Origin: a bacterium
Lineage (GTDB): Bacteria > Bacillota > Clostridia > TANB77 > UBA1234
NCBI GenBank assembly: GCA_963637565.1
Contig: CAVHNT010000044.1
Location: 519-64,518 of the forward strand
Direction of reading: 5' to 3'
Length of the DNA stretch: 64,000 bases
Shown here: positions 19,732 to 29,849 of the stretch, in pieces
Position numbering within the stretch: position 1 is the first letter of the stretch
How the letters are laid out: every line of letters begins with the position of its first letter
Notes under the pieces: model-generated
Database searches by the model: none
Told to the model about the DNA's origin: nothing
What the model saw: only the letters and a program-made list of their open reading frames with translations
Translations under genes and position numbers: made by a program

Positions 19732-19806
19732 TCTATTACTAGTATTGAAAATATAGTGTTAATATATTAAGATAGATGTGTATTATAAAGATTATTATTT
19801 TAGGAG

Positions 19807-20406
19807 ATGGATAGATTGAAACTTATACTTGCATCAAATTCGAAATGGAGAAAGAAATTAATTAATATGGCAGGCTTTGATTGTGAGGTAATTCCAAGCA
19901 ATGTTTCGGAAAATATAGAGTTCAATTCGCCAGACGAATATGTTATGGAACTTTCAAGAAGAAAGGCAACAGAAGTGGCTGGTAAGTTAACAGAGGGGAT
20001 TGTAATTTCAGCTGATACGATTGGATATATGGATAATGAAAAATTTGAGAAACCAAAAAGCAGGGAAGAAGCTTTTAGAAACATAAAGAAGCTTTCAGGC
20101 AGAGTTAATTATGCTGTTACTGGTGTTACAATTATAGATATTGAAAAAAATAAGAAAACTACATTTGCAGAAAAAACGGAAGTTTATTTTAAAGAGATGT
20201 CGGATGAAGAAATAAATTGGTATATAGATAACGAAAAATCAGTATATGATTGTGCTTGTTACTCAATAGAAACAGCTGGTTCGTTATTTATTTCAAAAGT
20301 TGTGGGTAATTATACTAATATAGTTGGCTTGCCAATAAGTAGGATATACGAAGAAATTAGAAATTTTGGATATTCAATAAGTGACTTTCCAGTGGTAAAG
20401 GATTAG
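19807..20406 (+). CDS. maf: Maf-like nucleoside triphosphate pyrophosphatase (septum formation protein Maf)
   Basis: LILASNSKWRKKL...ISADTI are the Maf motifs. The true start may be TTG 19816, because GGAG abuts the ATG at 19807. Confidence 0.8.
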   Translation: MDRLKLILASNSKWRKKLINMAGFDCEVIPSNVSENIEFNSPDEYVMELSRRKATEVAGKLTEGIVISADTIGYMDNEKFEKPKSREEAFRNIKKLSGRVNYAVTGVTIIDIEKNKKTTFAEKTEVYFKEMSDEEINWYIDNEKSVYDCACYSIETAGSLFISKVVGNYTNIVGLPISRIYEEIRNFGYSISDFPVVKD

Positions 20407-20614
20407 TTAATAGCCTTTTGTGGCTGAAAAAACAAGAAAGATAAGAAAATAGCCTGCCTTTAAATGTTTTTCATTTAAAAGACAGGCCATTTTCATGTTG
20501 GTCAGTTTAACTTGTATTTAGTTTGGGCACATTCAAAATATTAATTTTGGTATAGAGTCCATCGACAGCAACATTAGTCAAAACATTTATTAGTTAAAAA
20601 TGCACAGATTAGGT

Positions 20615-21541
20615 TTAATGGATTAATTCCTGAACATTAATTGAAATGCTACTTGATGCTTCGAGGGTTTCGGATTCAGAAGAAAAGCCATTGCTAGCAC
20701 CATTGTAACTGATTTTCCTGGAAGCAAATACTTCTGCTAACTTAAGAGAATAGAGTGCATCATTATTCTTAAGATAGAAATGTAAGAAACTACTAAAGAG
20801 TGCATCACCAGCACCAATGGTATTAACAACATTTTCGTTATATACTGCTGAGAGTGAATACAGTTTGTCATGTTCTCTTTCGTACAAAAGTGCACCGTTT
20901 TTACCCAATCCGACAACAATGATTGAGAGATTGGGGTATAGATCCTTAAGTTGTAAAACAAAGCCAATTTGTTGACCTTGAATTCCTTCGTCACTGAGGA
21001 ACAAAATCGTTGCGTTAGACATGAATTCCTTATTGTAATCATCATGTACACTTCTTAGAACATGCACGTCCGTCGCAATTAACTTATTCGCTTCTCTTGC
21101 TAATCTTAGCAAAGGTCTGTTGAAATTAACGTTGCATGCCACAATCAAATCATATTTACTGATATCAACCGTGTGGAACGGAAATTGAGTAGCTTGAATA
21201 TCTTTCAAATCGGAGTAGATTTGGCGTTTTCCATCATCAGAGTGTAGCACTACTGAAGATGGAGTACCTTTGAGAACTTGGCGAATATTTTCCGTTTTGA
21301 TAGAGTCCTGTTGCAACGTATCGAGGATTATTCTGGCTGTTAAGTCGTTTCCTAACAGTGAAATCAGCGAAACATCGTCGGAAAGCGTAGAAAAGGACTT
21401 AGCAAGATTATATCCAACGCCACCAACATTCGAATTTACTCCGAAAGATGGGTAGCAGACTGGAAAGTAATTAATCGGAAAATTTCCAACTTTGACATTC
21501 GTCTCCACGTTTGCTAAGCCAGAAACAAGAACCTTTTTCAC
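20615..21541 (-). CDS. PfkB-family carbohydrate/nucleoside kinase (ribokinase-like)
   Basis: A GTG start sits behind AGGAGGG. The N-terminal motif is GNFPINYFP, and the C-terminal motif is VNTIGAGDALFSSFL (the PfkB DTxGAGD motif). Its GC content, about 40%, is higher than the flanks. Confidence 0.75.
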   Translation of the reverse strand: MKKVLVSGLANVETNVKVGNFPINYFPVCYPSFGVNSNVGGVGYNLAKSFSTLSDDVSLISLLGNDLTARIILDTLQQDSIKTENIRQVLKGTPSSVVLHSDDGKRQIYSDLKDIQATQFPFHTVDISKYDLIVACNVNFNRPLLRLAREANKLIATDVHVLRSVHDDYNKEFMSNATILFLSDEGIQGQQIGFVLQLKDLYPNLSIIVVGLGKNGALLYEREHDKLYSLSAVYNENVVNTIGAGDALFSSFLHFYLKNNDALYSLKLAEVFASRKISYNGASNGFSSESETLEASSSISINVQELIH

Positions 21542-21657
21542 AAAAATCCCTCCTGTTCAAAATTGTTCGAGCAGAAATACTAAAGGGTTTACTTGATAAC
21601 GAGACTACAATATTTTTCGCAAAATTGCAAGCTTTTTTTACAAGATTTTCTATTGTG

Positions 21658-21818
21658 CAAGAAAGATGAAAATCTTTGATTTTCATTCTTTCGACTCTCG
21701 AGAGTTTTCGACTGAAAGGAAGAAAATCTCTCGCAATAGAATAAAGTTTTTATACAATAGGAAAAATTTAATACATAAAAAGTTATAAATCTGCTACGTT
21801 CCTATTGTATAAAAAAAC
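21658..21818 (-). repeat. Composite palindromic intergenic repeat, copy 2 (inverted relative to copy 1)
   Basis: Its reverse complement reads TTTTTATACAATAGGAACGTAGCAGATTTATAAC...CCTATTGTATAAAAAC + ATTGCGAGAGATTTTCTTCCTTTCAGTCGAAAACTCTCGAGAGTCGAAAGAATGAAAATCAAAGATTTTCATCTTTCTTG. It is about 90% identical to copy 1. Confidence 0.85.
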
Positions 21819-21863
21819 GTGAGCTTTTCATATAATTGAAAACTCACGTTTTATTGATTTACA

Positions 21864-22793
21864 TTAACCTCTAAATGGCTCTAAATTGCTTAATACCCAG
21901 TCATGATCACCTTTAGTTATTATCGCACCACAATATTCACATTTTCCTGATGATGTTACGTTTGTTGGAGCACCACAGTTAGGGCAGTTAGATGTCTTCA
22001 TTTCTCCGTTACTTTCTTGAGTTTTTAAGCCCTTCTTTCTTATGAATGTCATTAAGTATGTTGTTGTTCTTCTTGTTGTAGCATCACCCTTTAATATTTT
22101 ACCTGTTTCTTCGTCTTTGATGTAGTCTATCATAGAAGAGTTAAGAAGAATTTTTAATGTGTCTTTGTCATTGTCTTGGCTAAATGAGTAAAGATTTGCG
22201 TAATTTACAGCAATTCTGTCCATTACATTTATTTGTTTCTTTTCAATGTATTGTTTTAATTGAGTTGAATGTTGCTCGAAAAGTTCTTCTGTTTCAAATG
22301 TTCTGATTTCTTCCCAATTTCTCTTAGTCCAACATTCTTGCAATTTTACAAATGTATTCTTTGCAGATGATAAGAATTTATCTTCGTTAAAGAATTCGTC
22401 GACAGCTTTAATATCCTCTAAAACTTTTTGAGAAGAGTATCTTGAAGTAGTATTATTGTTATAATTGCTGTTGTTATTATTTGTATGTGTATTATAGTTA
22501 GATGGTCCAGAAGGTTTATTCTTATTTTTGGTCAAAGCGACAATTATTATAATAACAATCACTGCAAGTACAAGAAATCCATTATCTTCTCCAGAGCTTG
22601 ATGAACCGTAATCCGAACTGCTCCAATCAGAGTCCCAACTAGAACTACTCCAATCAGAACTGCTCCAGTCAGACCCACCCCAATCAGAATCATAAGATTC
22701 AAAGTTTCCAACATCTGCAAGTGTTAGTGTTGTGAATGAAAGAGCAAGTATAAAAGTGAGGATAAGAGCCAATATCTTAAAATATTTTTTCAC
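21864..22793 (-). CDS. Tim44-like domain membrane protein with C-terminal zinc ribbon
   Basis: It has a signal peptide, then SDW/SSS low-complexity repeats, a TM helix (FLVLAVIVIIIIVAL), a Tim44-like region (FVKLQECWTKRNWEEIRTFETEELF...) and a C-terminal CPNCGAP...CEYCG ribbon. Confidence 0.5.
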   Translation of the reverse strand: MKKYFKILALILTFILALSFTTLTLADVGNFESYDSDWGGSDWSSSDWSSSSWDSDWSSSDYGSSSSGEDNGFLVLAVIVIIIIVALTKNKNKPSGPSNYNTHTNNNNSNYNNNTTSRYSSQKVLEDIKAVDEFFNEDKFLSSAKNTFVKLQECWTKRNWEEIRTFETEELFEQHSTQLKQYIEKKQINVMDRIAVNYANLYSFSQDNDKDTLKILLNSSMIDYIKDEETGKILKGDATTRRTTTYLMTFIRKKGLKTQESNGEMKTSNCPNCGAPTNVTSSGKCEYCGAIITKGDHDWVLSNLEPFRG

Positions 22794-22811
22794 TTATATT
22801 CCTCCTTTTAA

Positions 22812-24059
22812 TTATTGCAATTTTTGACCACAATTATTGCAGAATTTGCTATCTGGTTTTACAGCATTTTTGCAATTTGGACATTCTGTTATTTGTTGAG
22901 GCTTTGGGTTTCCACAATTGCTACAGAACTTTCCTGTGCATTTTGCACCACAAGAACATTCCCATTCTTCATCATTTGAAGTAACAACTGGTGTGCTTTC
23001 GGCAGTTTCATCAACTTTTGTGGTTGGAGCAGGAGTATTAACATTTGCTTGATTTGGAGTTGGGTTTGTATAGCTTACATTGTTTGCTACATTAGATGTA
23101 ACTCCTCCGAAAGTATTTCCTGAGGCCATGTTCATCATTCCAATTCCCATGAATCCATTTGCAGCACCATTTGAGTTAGAAGCAGCAGCTTCAACTGCAT
23201 TTGCGTAAGCACTTGTAAGTCTACCTTGTTGTTGATATTGATCTCCAGCAAGTTCGTACTCATCAATTTTTTTCTTAGATTCGTCTGTTAATGTAACGCT
23301 TTCAACAACGAAAGCAAGTAATTGAATGCCTCTGTCAGTTATAGTTGCATCAACTTCTTCTTTAGCCATGATTGCTCTAATTTCATCAGTTTTATTTGGT
23401 AAAGAAAGTGCTTCTATTTTATATTCATCTTCAGACAAGCTATTTAAAATGTTGCTAAATGCACCAACAACTTCAGAACGCATTTGTTCAACTAATTCGT
23501 CTTTTCTGTATACTGTTGCTGTACCACCAATCTTTTCCATAAAGATAGCAGGATTACTAATTTTGAACGTGTATGTACCAAAACACTTAATATCAAGTCT
23601 CATTGGTGTATATCCGCCCATTCTTGCGTTTAAAAGTGGATGACCCCAGTCTTTATATGGTACTGGATTTGGAGTGCCAAATTTATTTCCGATTATTTCT
23701 TTTACATTAAAGAAATAAACAGCTTGTTCTTTTGCAACCCCTCCACCAAATTTGAATCTAGTCCACATTTCTTTAAATACGGCTCCAAAGTCGCCACCGA
23801 AGAATGAAGGTGATGAGCTTGAATCAAAAGTATAATAACCAGATTCTGCTGTTGCATCTAAGATTTTACCATTATCATAAATAACAGCAACTTGACCAGG
23901 TGCAACCATGATGGCACTTCCTTTTGATATTATGCCATCATCTGTTGATACTCTTTTCATAAGAACATCATTTCCCATGTCTTCACATTTAATTACTCTT
24001 AAAAATTGATCACCAAAGGTACTACCTATGGCGCTTGTTGCAGCTTTAATTAATCCCAA
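22812..24059 (-). CDS. SPFH/band-7 domain protein (COG4260, YdjI-like) with C-terminal tandem zinc ribbons
   Basis: A TTG start sits behind AAAGGATG. It has an SPFH-like core and a C-terminal WECSCGAKCTGKFCSNCGNP...CPNCKNAV...CNNCGQ, which gives two or three CxxC ribbons. Confidence 0.55.
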   Translation of the reverse strand: MGLIKAATSAIGSTFGDQFLRVIKCEDMGNDVLMKRVSTDDGIISKGSAIMVAPGQVAVIYDNGKILDATAESGYYTFDSSSSPSFFGGDFGAVFKEMWTRFKFGGGVAKEQAVYFFNVKEIIGNKFGTPNPVPYKDWGHPLLNARMGGYTPMRLDIKCFGTYTFKISNPAIFMEKIGGTATVYRKDELVEQMRSEVVGAFSNILNSLSEDEYKIEALSLPNKTDEIRAIMAKEEVDATITDRGIQLLAFVVESVTLTDESKKKIDEYELAGDQYQQQGRLTSAYANAVEAAASNSNGAANGFMGIGMMNMASGNTFGGVTSNVANNVSYTNPTPNQANVNTPAPTTKVDETAESTPVVTSNDEEWECSCGAKCTGKFCSNCGNPKPQQITECPNCKNAVKPDSKFCNNCGQKLQ

Positions 24060-24284
24060 TGAAAATCATCCTTTCTATATTTCGATTTGTTATGACAAAA
24101 TTTGAATGCATATATATGATACTATTTTTTTTTCAAAAAAGCAATCAAACAGCTTTGTAATTTTTCGTTTAATATTTATTCAAAAAATTGTGCGTGTATA
24201 CAAAAAATTAATTCATGTAACAAAATTTTTCCTTCATTTGAAGAATATTTAGAATTGAAATTAAAAATTTTCATAATTCTGGTA

Positions 24285-25442
24285 TTAAATCATCTTCAAG
24301 TATATTTCATACATTTCTTTTACAGTATCATCCCAATTCTTATATAAATCTCTAAAAGCACCATCTGAAATTTTTTTATAAAGTTCATCATCAGTTATCA
24401 TTTTTTCGATTTGATTAGCGTAATCGTGGGTTGAGTTCTTAGCAATTATTCCATTAACGTTATTAGTAACTGTTGCAGTTGTTGCGGCACCTTCTATAAA
24501 GATTGTAGGTGTGTGTTGGGATGCTGCTTCTACTTGTACGAGCGAGCTTGCGTCATAAAGTGAAGGAAATAAGAAAAGATCTGCTCTTGCATAAATTTTT
24601 TTCATTAGCTCTCTATCGGTAATTCTGCCACATAGCAATACTTCGTTACCTAATTGTAGTTCTTTTATTTTTTCCTTTAATTTTTCCTCATCTTGTCCAC
24701 TGCCAACATATAGCATTTTAAATTTGAAACCCTTGTCTTTTAGCATTTTTAGTGACTCAACAATAAATAATACATTTTTTAATATATTTATTCTTCCAAC
24801 GAATAAAAATACTTTTTCATCATTTGAAATATTATATTTTTTATTAATTTCTTCCTTTGCAGCAACGATGTCTTCAACAGGTAGCATGTCTGTTGCGTTA
24901 TTAAGCACATCTGGTAATTTTTTTACACCATATTCTTCATGGAAAATCCTTGCAATTTCAGAATTTACGGCATAGCAATTATCGCATTTGTCAAACACCT
25001 TTACAATTTTATTTGTTAATATGTTAGCTATGAAATTTATTTTTGTTGCTCGCATAAAATCTTGTTTAAATTGACTGTGCATAGTTGCAATAACTGGAAT
25101 ATTATGCTTTTTAGCATAGTTTATGCCGATTTTTCCTATTGAAAAAGGTGAGTGAATATGGACAATATCTAAATCGCTTTTTTCTAATTCTTGCTTGAAT
25201 TTTTTATCTATAGCAGGGGCTGGAAGTGAGTAATCAATAAAAAATAAAGGTATTGATTTTGCACGAACCACCTTATATGGAAGAGTTGTATCGTCAAAAT
25301 CTTTTTTTGGTATGGCTGGTGCAAAAACTGTTACATCATTAAATTTAGCAAGTCTGCGTGCATAGTTATCTACCACCATTACTACCCCATCAATCATTGG
25401 AAAAAATGTATCTATAAATAATCCTATTTTTAATCTTTTCAT
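24285..25442 (-). CDS. Glycosyltransferase family 4 (GT4; glycolipid/diacylglycerol glycosyltransferase-like)
   Basis: It has a GT-B fold with the EX7E-like motif region FLFPSLYDASSLVQVEAASQHTP. The 385-aa size fits GT4. Confidence 0.7.
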   Translation of the reverse strand: MKRLKIGLFIDTFFPMIDGVVMVVDNYARRLAKFNDVTVFAPAIPKKDFDDTTLPYKVVRAKSIPLFFIDYSLPAPAIDKKFKQELEKSDLDIVHIHSPFSIGKIGINYAKKHNIPVIATMHSQFKQDFMRATKINFIANILTNKIVKVFDKCDNCYAVNSEIARIFHEEYGVKKLPDVLNNATDMLPVEDIVAAKEEINKKYNISNDEKVFLFVGRINILKNVLFIVESLKMLKDKGFKFKMLYVGSGQDEEKLKEKIKELQLGNEVLLCGRITDRELMKKIYARADLFLFPSLYDASSLVQVEAASQHTPTIFIEGAATTATVTNNVNGIIAKNSTHDYANQIEKMITDDELYKKISDGAFRDLYKNWDDTVKEMYEIYLKMI

Positions 25443-25645
25443 AAATCTACCCCTTCAATATTTTATTTTTAATAATATCAAAAACATTGTATCATTTGTT
25501 GCTAGTATTGTACAAGCATAAAACAATGTGGTATAACATGTTTGAAAAAATGTGAAAGAAGGTTGAAAAAGATGAAAGTATTATTTATTATACTAATTTA
25601 GTAAAAGAAAATGGTGGCAAATTTACAGCAAAATGGGTATATGGT

Positions 25646-25891
25646 ATGGTTGTTTATACTGATGATGGCACCAAAGAGTATACATGGAGCAAAGATCATT
25701 TTTATTTTGTAGACACACCTTGTAAAAGTAGAAATGTTGGCTATCCATTAGATTCGATAGCAATTGTTCCAGCTTTTAATAAATATCTGGCAGAACTAAC
25801 AGTGGAAGACAAAGCTGAATACAAAAAGAAAGATAAGATAGATGAGGTTGTTGATTTTATTGTAAATAGTTTAAAAAGTAAAGGAAGATAA
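25646..25891 (+). CDS. Hypothetical 81-aa protein (possibly a gene remnant)
   Basis: The ORF has no clear RBS. Its in-frame upstream extension lacks a start codon, and a short signal-peptide-like ORF (MKVLFIILI) sits in another frame just upstream. Confidence 0.25.
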   Translation: MVVYTDDGTKEYTWSKDHFYFVDTPCKSRNVGYPLDSIAIVPAFNKYLAELTVEDKAEYKKKDKIDEVVDFIVNSLKSKGR

Positions 25892-26085
25892 ATTATGATA
25901 GTGGCAGGTTTCTTGGCGTGAATGCAAGTGATGTAGAAAGAAATCAAGCAATCATTAAAAATTATTCTAAACGAGAAGAAATGCAAGCGTAGTGTGCGAA
26001 ATTGCTTACTATGATGAAGAAAATTTTATGGTTTAAAGAGGAAAAGTTTTGTTCTTAAACTTAATTAATACTCATAAAATGTATT

Positions 26086-26820
26086 ATGAAAAAAATTAGA
26101 ATATTTTTAGTTTTAATGTTAATAATTTTATGTTTTTTTATTGCTAAAAGTAGCAATTTAAATAGTAATGTTATGCCAGTATCAGCCATAACTATAAACG
26201 CGTATAACGCAGATAAAAAAATAGCATATTTAACATTTGATGACGGCCCTTCAAAGAATGTAACGCCCGAAATACTAGATATTCTTGAAGATTATAATAT
26301 TAAAGCATCATTTTTTGTTATTGGAATTAAAGCAAAAGAAAATCCAGAAATTCTAAAAAGAGAGTACGAAGAAGGACATTTTATAGGAAATCACACATAT
26401 ACACATAATAATAGAAAAATATATAGGTCAAAGGAAGCATTTTTGGAAGAACTAGAAGAAACTGATAAAACAATAGAAGAAATACTAGGAATAGAAAATT
26501 TTAGATGTAAAATTTTTAGATTTCCTAATGGATCTGTATCTAAAGCATATGCATATGAAAAAAAGCTTTGTTTCGGGTATTTAGACGAGATAGGCTATAA
26601 ATATGTGGATTGGAATGCGTTAAATAATGATTCTATTCGAAAATATACCAATGAACAACTATTAAAGAATTTAAAAGATACGGTAAAAGGCAAGAAAATT
26701 GTTATAGTATTGATGCATGACTCTGGTGATGTTAATAAAACATATGACGTTTTAGAAGATTCAATAAAGTTTTTAATTGATGAAGGCTTTGAATTTCGCA
26801 CATTATACGACTTTATTTAA
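26086..26820 (+). CDS. Polysaccharide deacetylase (NodB homology domain) with signal peptide
   Basis: YLTFDDGPS is the NodB motif 1, and HTYTH the NodB His motif. A signal peptide is present. Confidence 0.8.
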   Translation: MKKIRIFLVLMLIILCFFIAKSSNLNSNVMPVSAITINAYNADKKIAYLTFDDGPSKNVTPEILDILEDYNIKASFFVIGIKAKENPEILKREYEEGHFIGNHTYTHNNRKIYRSKEAFLEELEETDKTIEEILGIENFRCKIFRFPNGSVSKAYAYEKKLCFGYLDEIGYKYVDWNALNNDSIRKYTNEQLLKNLKDTVKGKKIVIVLMHDSGDVNKTYDVLEDSIKFLIDEGFEFRTLYDFI

Positions 26821-26963
26821 GAAATTACGACCGCAAGTTATGTAAATTTTTTTGACAAATGTTCAGTTTTTTATTGCATAATAACATTTTTATGATAAAA
26901 TCAAGAAAAAGAATCAAATTACATAATTACGACCGACCAATAATTTGGAAGGGAGGTATATAA

Positions 26964-27794
26964 ATGAAAGTTGCAGTCATTTCGGATATTCATGGAAACC
27001 TTGAAGCATTGAAGACAACCTTAAATGATATAAAGAAAAGAAATGTAGATAAGGTTATATGTCTTGGCGACATTATTGCGCGCGGGCATCATCCGCAGCA
27101 ATGCATAAATATTGTAAGAGCGGAATGTGATGTTGTTCTTAGAGGAAACTGTGATAGATTTTTTTCTAACACTTTTGATGGTTTTTCTTCTGAAATTGAA
27201 GAAAAAAGAATTCGTTGGGTTCAATCAATGCTATCGAAAGAAGATATGAAATATTTATCCTCTCTACCGTTTTCTTATGAGTTTTATATGAGTGGTAGCT
27301 TAGTGAGACTCTTTCATGCAACTCCAGAGAAAGACGATGAAACTGTTATAAATCAAGATGATTTTCAAACAAAGTATAGAATGTTTCTTCCAAGTAAGAA
27401 TACTATATCTGATAAAATAGCAGACGTTGTATTGTATGGACATATCCATTATCCTTACTTTGACAGTCTTTATAACAAAACATTAATAAATGTTGGGAGT
27501 GTTGGTAATGCGTGTGTAAGTATAAGAAATGACATTAAAGACAGTTGTGTTCTTGAAACCACAAGGGCAACATATTTTATCCTAGATGGAGAATGGATGA
27601 GTCGTGAATACAAAGAGGACATTGCATTTACCTTTGTTAAAATAACTTATGACATTGAAAAGGAGCTTGAAGATATAGAACTGAATGTTGAACCAGTGAT
27701 TTATGGAAAAGAGGTAAGAGAAGGTCGGTTTCGTAACATGAAGAAAATCATGAACAACTACAAGCGGCTTGGCATGGACATTGAAAACATATAA
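26964..27794 (+). CDS. Calcineurin-like metallophosphoesterase
   Basis: MKVAVISDIHGN, GDIIARG and GHIHYP are the metallophosphoesterase motifs. Confidence 0.75.
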   Translation: MKVAVISDIHGNLEALKTTLNDIKKRNVDKVICLGDIIARGHHPQQCINIVRAECDVVLRGNCDRFFSNTFDGFSSEIEEKRIRWVQSMLSKEDMKYLSSLPFSYEFYMSGSLVRLFHATPEKDDETVINQDDFQTKYRMFLPSKNTISDKIADVVLYGHIHYPYFDSLYNKTLINVGSVGNACVSIRNDIKDSCVLETTRATYFILDGEWMSREYKEDIAFTFVKITYDIEKELEDIELNVEPVIYGKEVREGRFRNMKKIMNNYKRLGMDIENI

Positions 27795-27813
27795 CAGAAG
27801 GGAGAATAAAAAG

Positions 27814-28956
27814 ATGTACGAATTATCGTTCAGAGAAACCCAGAAAATTGGTGAGATTGCTAAGAAGTTTAACATCGTTGAAGGAAAGATTGAGTGGATT
27901 CTTCCTATTGATAGTGGCAGAATTAATTATACTTATAAGATTGTTGTGAATACTGGAAATGATACTGTATCATATTTGCTTCAAAGAATTAATCATAATG
28001 TATTCAAATCTCCTGAAGAAGTAATGAATAATGCAATCTTGGTTACTAATCATATTAGGCAAAAGGGGAGAAATACAATTAAATTTATTGAAGTAAAACC
28101 TGGATATAGTGCTCATGAATATTTATATATTGATGATGAAAATGGTGAGAAGCATTATTGGCGACTTAGCGAGTTTATACATTCAGAAGTTTTTCAAAGT
28201 ATTACAAAGAAGGAAGATATGTATGTATTAGGAAATGTGATTTGTGATTTTTCTAAGATTTTAGAAGATTTTGATGCTAAATCTCTAAAAGAGACTATTC
28301 CTCAATTTCATAACACTAGAAAAAGATTTGAGAATCTTCTTGTATCGGTTGCTAATAATTTGCTTTCAAATAAAGATGAGCATCGTGCTATGAATCCAAT
28401 TGCCAAAGATGCAATTGAATTTGTTATTGCGAGAAGAGAGAAACTTTCTGAAATTGTTATTGCACTTGAAAATGGAACCATTCCATATAGAGTTACGCAC
28501 AACGATCCAAAATTGAATAATATTTTGTTTGACAGAAAGACAAACAAACCTATTTGTTTGATTGACTTGGATACTGTTATGCCAGGTTCTATACTATATG
28601 ATATTGGTGATGCAATTCGTTCGGGTGCAAATACTATTTCAGAAGAATCTAAAAATTATTCATCTGCAACTTTGGATATGGAGCTTTATTATGAATTTGT
28701 TAAAGGATGTTTAGACTCTAATATTCTTACTGAGGCAGAGGTAAAGTTAATACCGCTTTCGGTATGGACAATTACTTTGGAATTGGGTATGAGATTTTTA
28801 ATGGACTATATTGATGGAAACATTTATTTTCCTGTAGAATATGGAGAACAAAATCTTACTAGAGCTTGGATTCAGTTTTCCCTTGTAAAAAACATTGAAA
28901 GGCAATTTGATGATATGCAACAATTTATTGAGAAATATCAAAGAGATAAGATTTAA
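27814..28956 (+). CDS. Phosphotransferase (APH/choline-kinase-like) family kinase, possibly sugar 1-kinase
   Basis: ATG 27814 sits behind GAAGGGAG. The Brenner motif HNDPKLNNILFD and the motif LIDLDT are present. Confidence 0.6.
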   Translation: MYELSFRETQKIGEIAKKFNIVEGKIEWILPIDSGRINYTYKIVVNTGNDTVSYLLQRINHNVFKSPEEVMNNAILVTNHIRQKGRNTIKFIEVKPGYSAHEYLYIDDENGEKHYWRLSEFIHSEVFQSITKKEDMYVLGNVICDFSKILEDFDAKSLKETIPQFHNTRKRFENLLVSVANNLLSNKDEHRAMNPIAKDAIEFVIARREKLSEIVIALENGTIPYRVTHNDPKLNNILFDRKTNKPICLIDLDTVMPGSILYDIGDAIRSGANTISEESKNYSSATLDMELYYEFVKGCLDSNILTEAEVKLIPLSVWTITLELGMRFLMDYIDGNIYFPVEYGEQNLTRAWIQFSLVKNIERQFDDMQQFIEKYQRDKI

Positions 28957-28993
28957 AAAAGAGAGTGGTAAGGATTTATTTTCTTACCACTTG

Positions 28994-29154
28994 TTTTTAT
29001 GTAATAGGAAAGTAACAGATTTGCAACTTTTTGTGTGTTAATTTTCTTTCCTATTACATAAAAAACATTAATTTATGCGAGAGATTTTCTTCCTTTCGGT
29101 CGAAAATTCTCGAGGGACGAAAGAATGAAAATCGAAGACTTTCATTCTTTCTTG
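28994..29154 (+). repeat. Composite palindromic intergenic repeat, copy 3
   Basis: TTTTTATGTAATAGGAAAGTAACAGATTTGCAACTTTTTGTGTGTTAATTTTCTTTCCTATTACATAAAAAAC + ATGCGAGAGATTTTCTTCCTTTCGGTCGAAAATTCTCGAGGGACGAAAGAATGAAAATCGAAGACTTTCATTCTTTCTTG. It lies between two convergent genes. Confidence 0.85.
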
Positions 29155-29155
29155 T

Positions 29156-29482
29156 TCAGTTTTCACAGTCTTCAGGTTTAAATTCACAATCTACGAACAT
29201 TTTATCAACAATAGTTTTAGCATCAAATTCAATAGGAAATTCAACTTTCATTTTTTGAATTATTGTAAATTTGCAAGAACCATCACAAACGCCTTTGCAA
29301 CAATTATCGTGATTTTTCATAGAGATGATTGGATTTCCACAGCATTCGGTTTTAATTTTACCAACATTAATAGATGGCGTTGTAGTAACCGGAATACAAA
29401 CAGTTAAAAACTTTTCTATTTGTGCTTTACATTTGTTGAAATCTGGAAAGTTTTTTCCACACTCTTTCTCATCATCAAACAT
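29156..29482 (-). CDS. Hypothetical cysteine-rich small protein (possibly spore-coat associated)
   Basis: The 108-aa protein has 13 Cys (CCGNP, CCKGVCDGSC). It lies next to the Coat_F genes. Confidence 0.35.
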   Translation of the reverse strand: MFDDEKECGKNFPDFNKCKAQIEKFLTVCIPVTTTPSINVGKIKTECCGNPIISMKNHDNCCKGVCDGSCKFTIIQKMKVEFPIEFDAKTIVDKMFVDCEFKPEDCEN

Positions 29483-29593
29483 TTAATTCACATCCTTTAT
29501 AGTTTTTTAGAAAATTTCTTTTCTATATTAGAATATGAATTAAACTAGCCGAGTGTGAATTTTTTATGCAATATGAAAGCAATCTTTGACTTT

Positions 29594-29839
29594 TTATTGT
29601 GCACTAAATTTTTGCTTAGCACAATCAATTTTGTTTTGTTCTACTGGAGCTTCATTATACCAACCTTTTTCTGACATAAGATTGTAAATTTTATTTTGAA
29701 TATCTAAACTCTTATTTAAAGCATTTTGAAAAGTAGTATGAACTTCAGCTGTTGGAGATTCTATCATTCCGTGCATATATAAATCACAAACTCCTTTTAC
29801 TACCAAAAGTTCTTTTTCCATTAATTCTTTATCGCTCAT
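29594..29839 (-). CDS. Coat_F domain spore coat protein (CotF/YraD-like)
   Basis: ELLVVKGVCDLYMHGMIESPTAEVHTTFQNAL matches the Coat_F consensus. Confidence 0.6.
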   Translation of the reverse strand: MSDKELMEKELLVVKGVCDLYMHGMIESPTAEVHTTFQNALNKSLDIQNKIYNLMSEKGWYNEAPVEQNKIDCAKQKFSAQ

Positions 29840-29849
29840 TGTTACCTCC

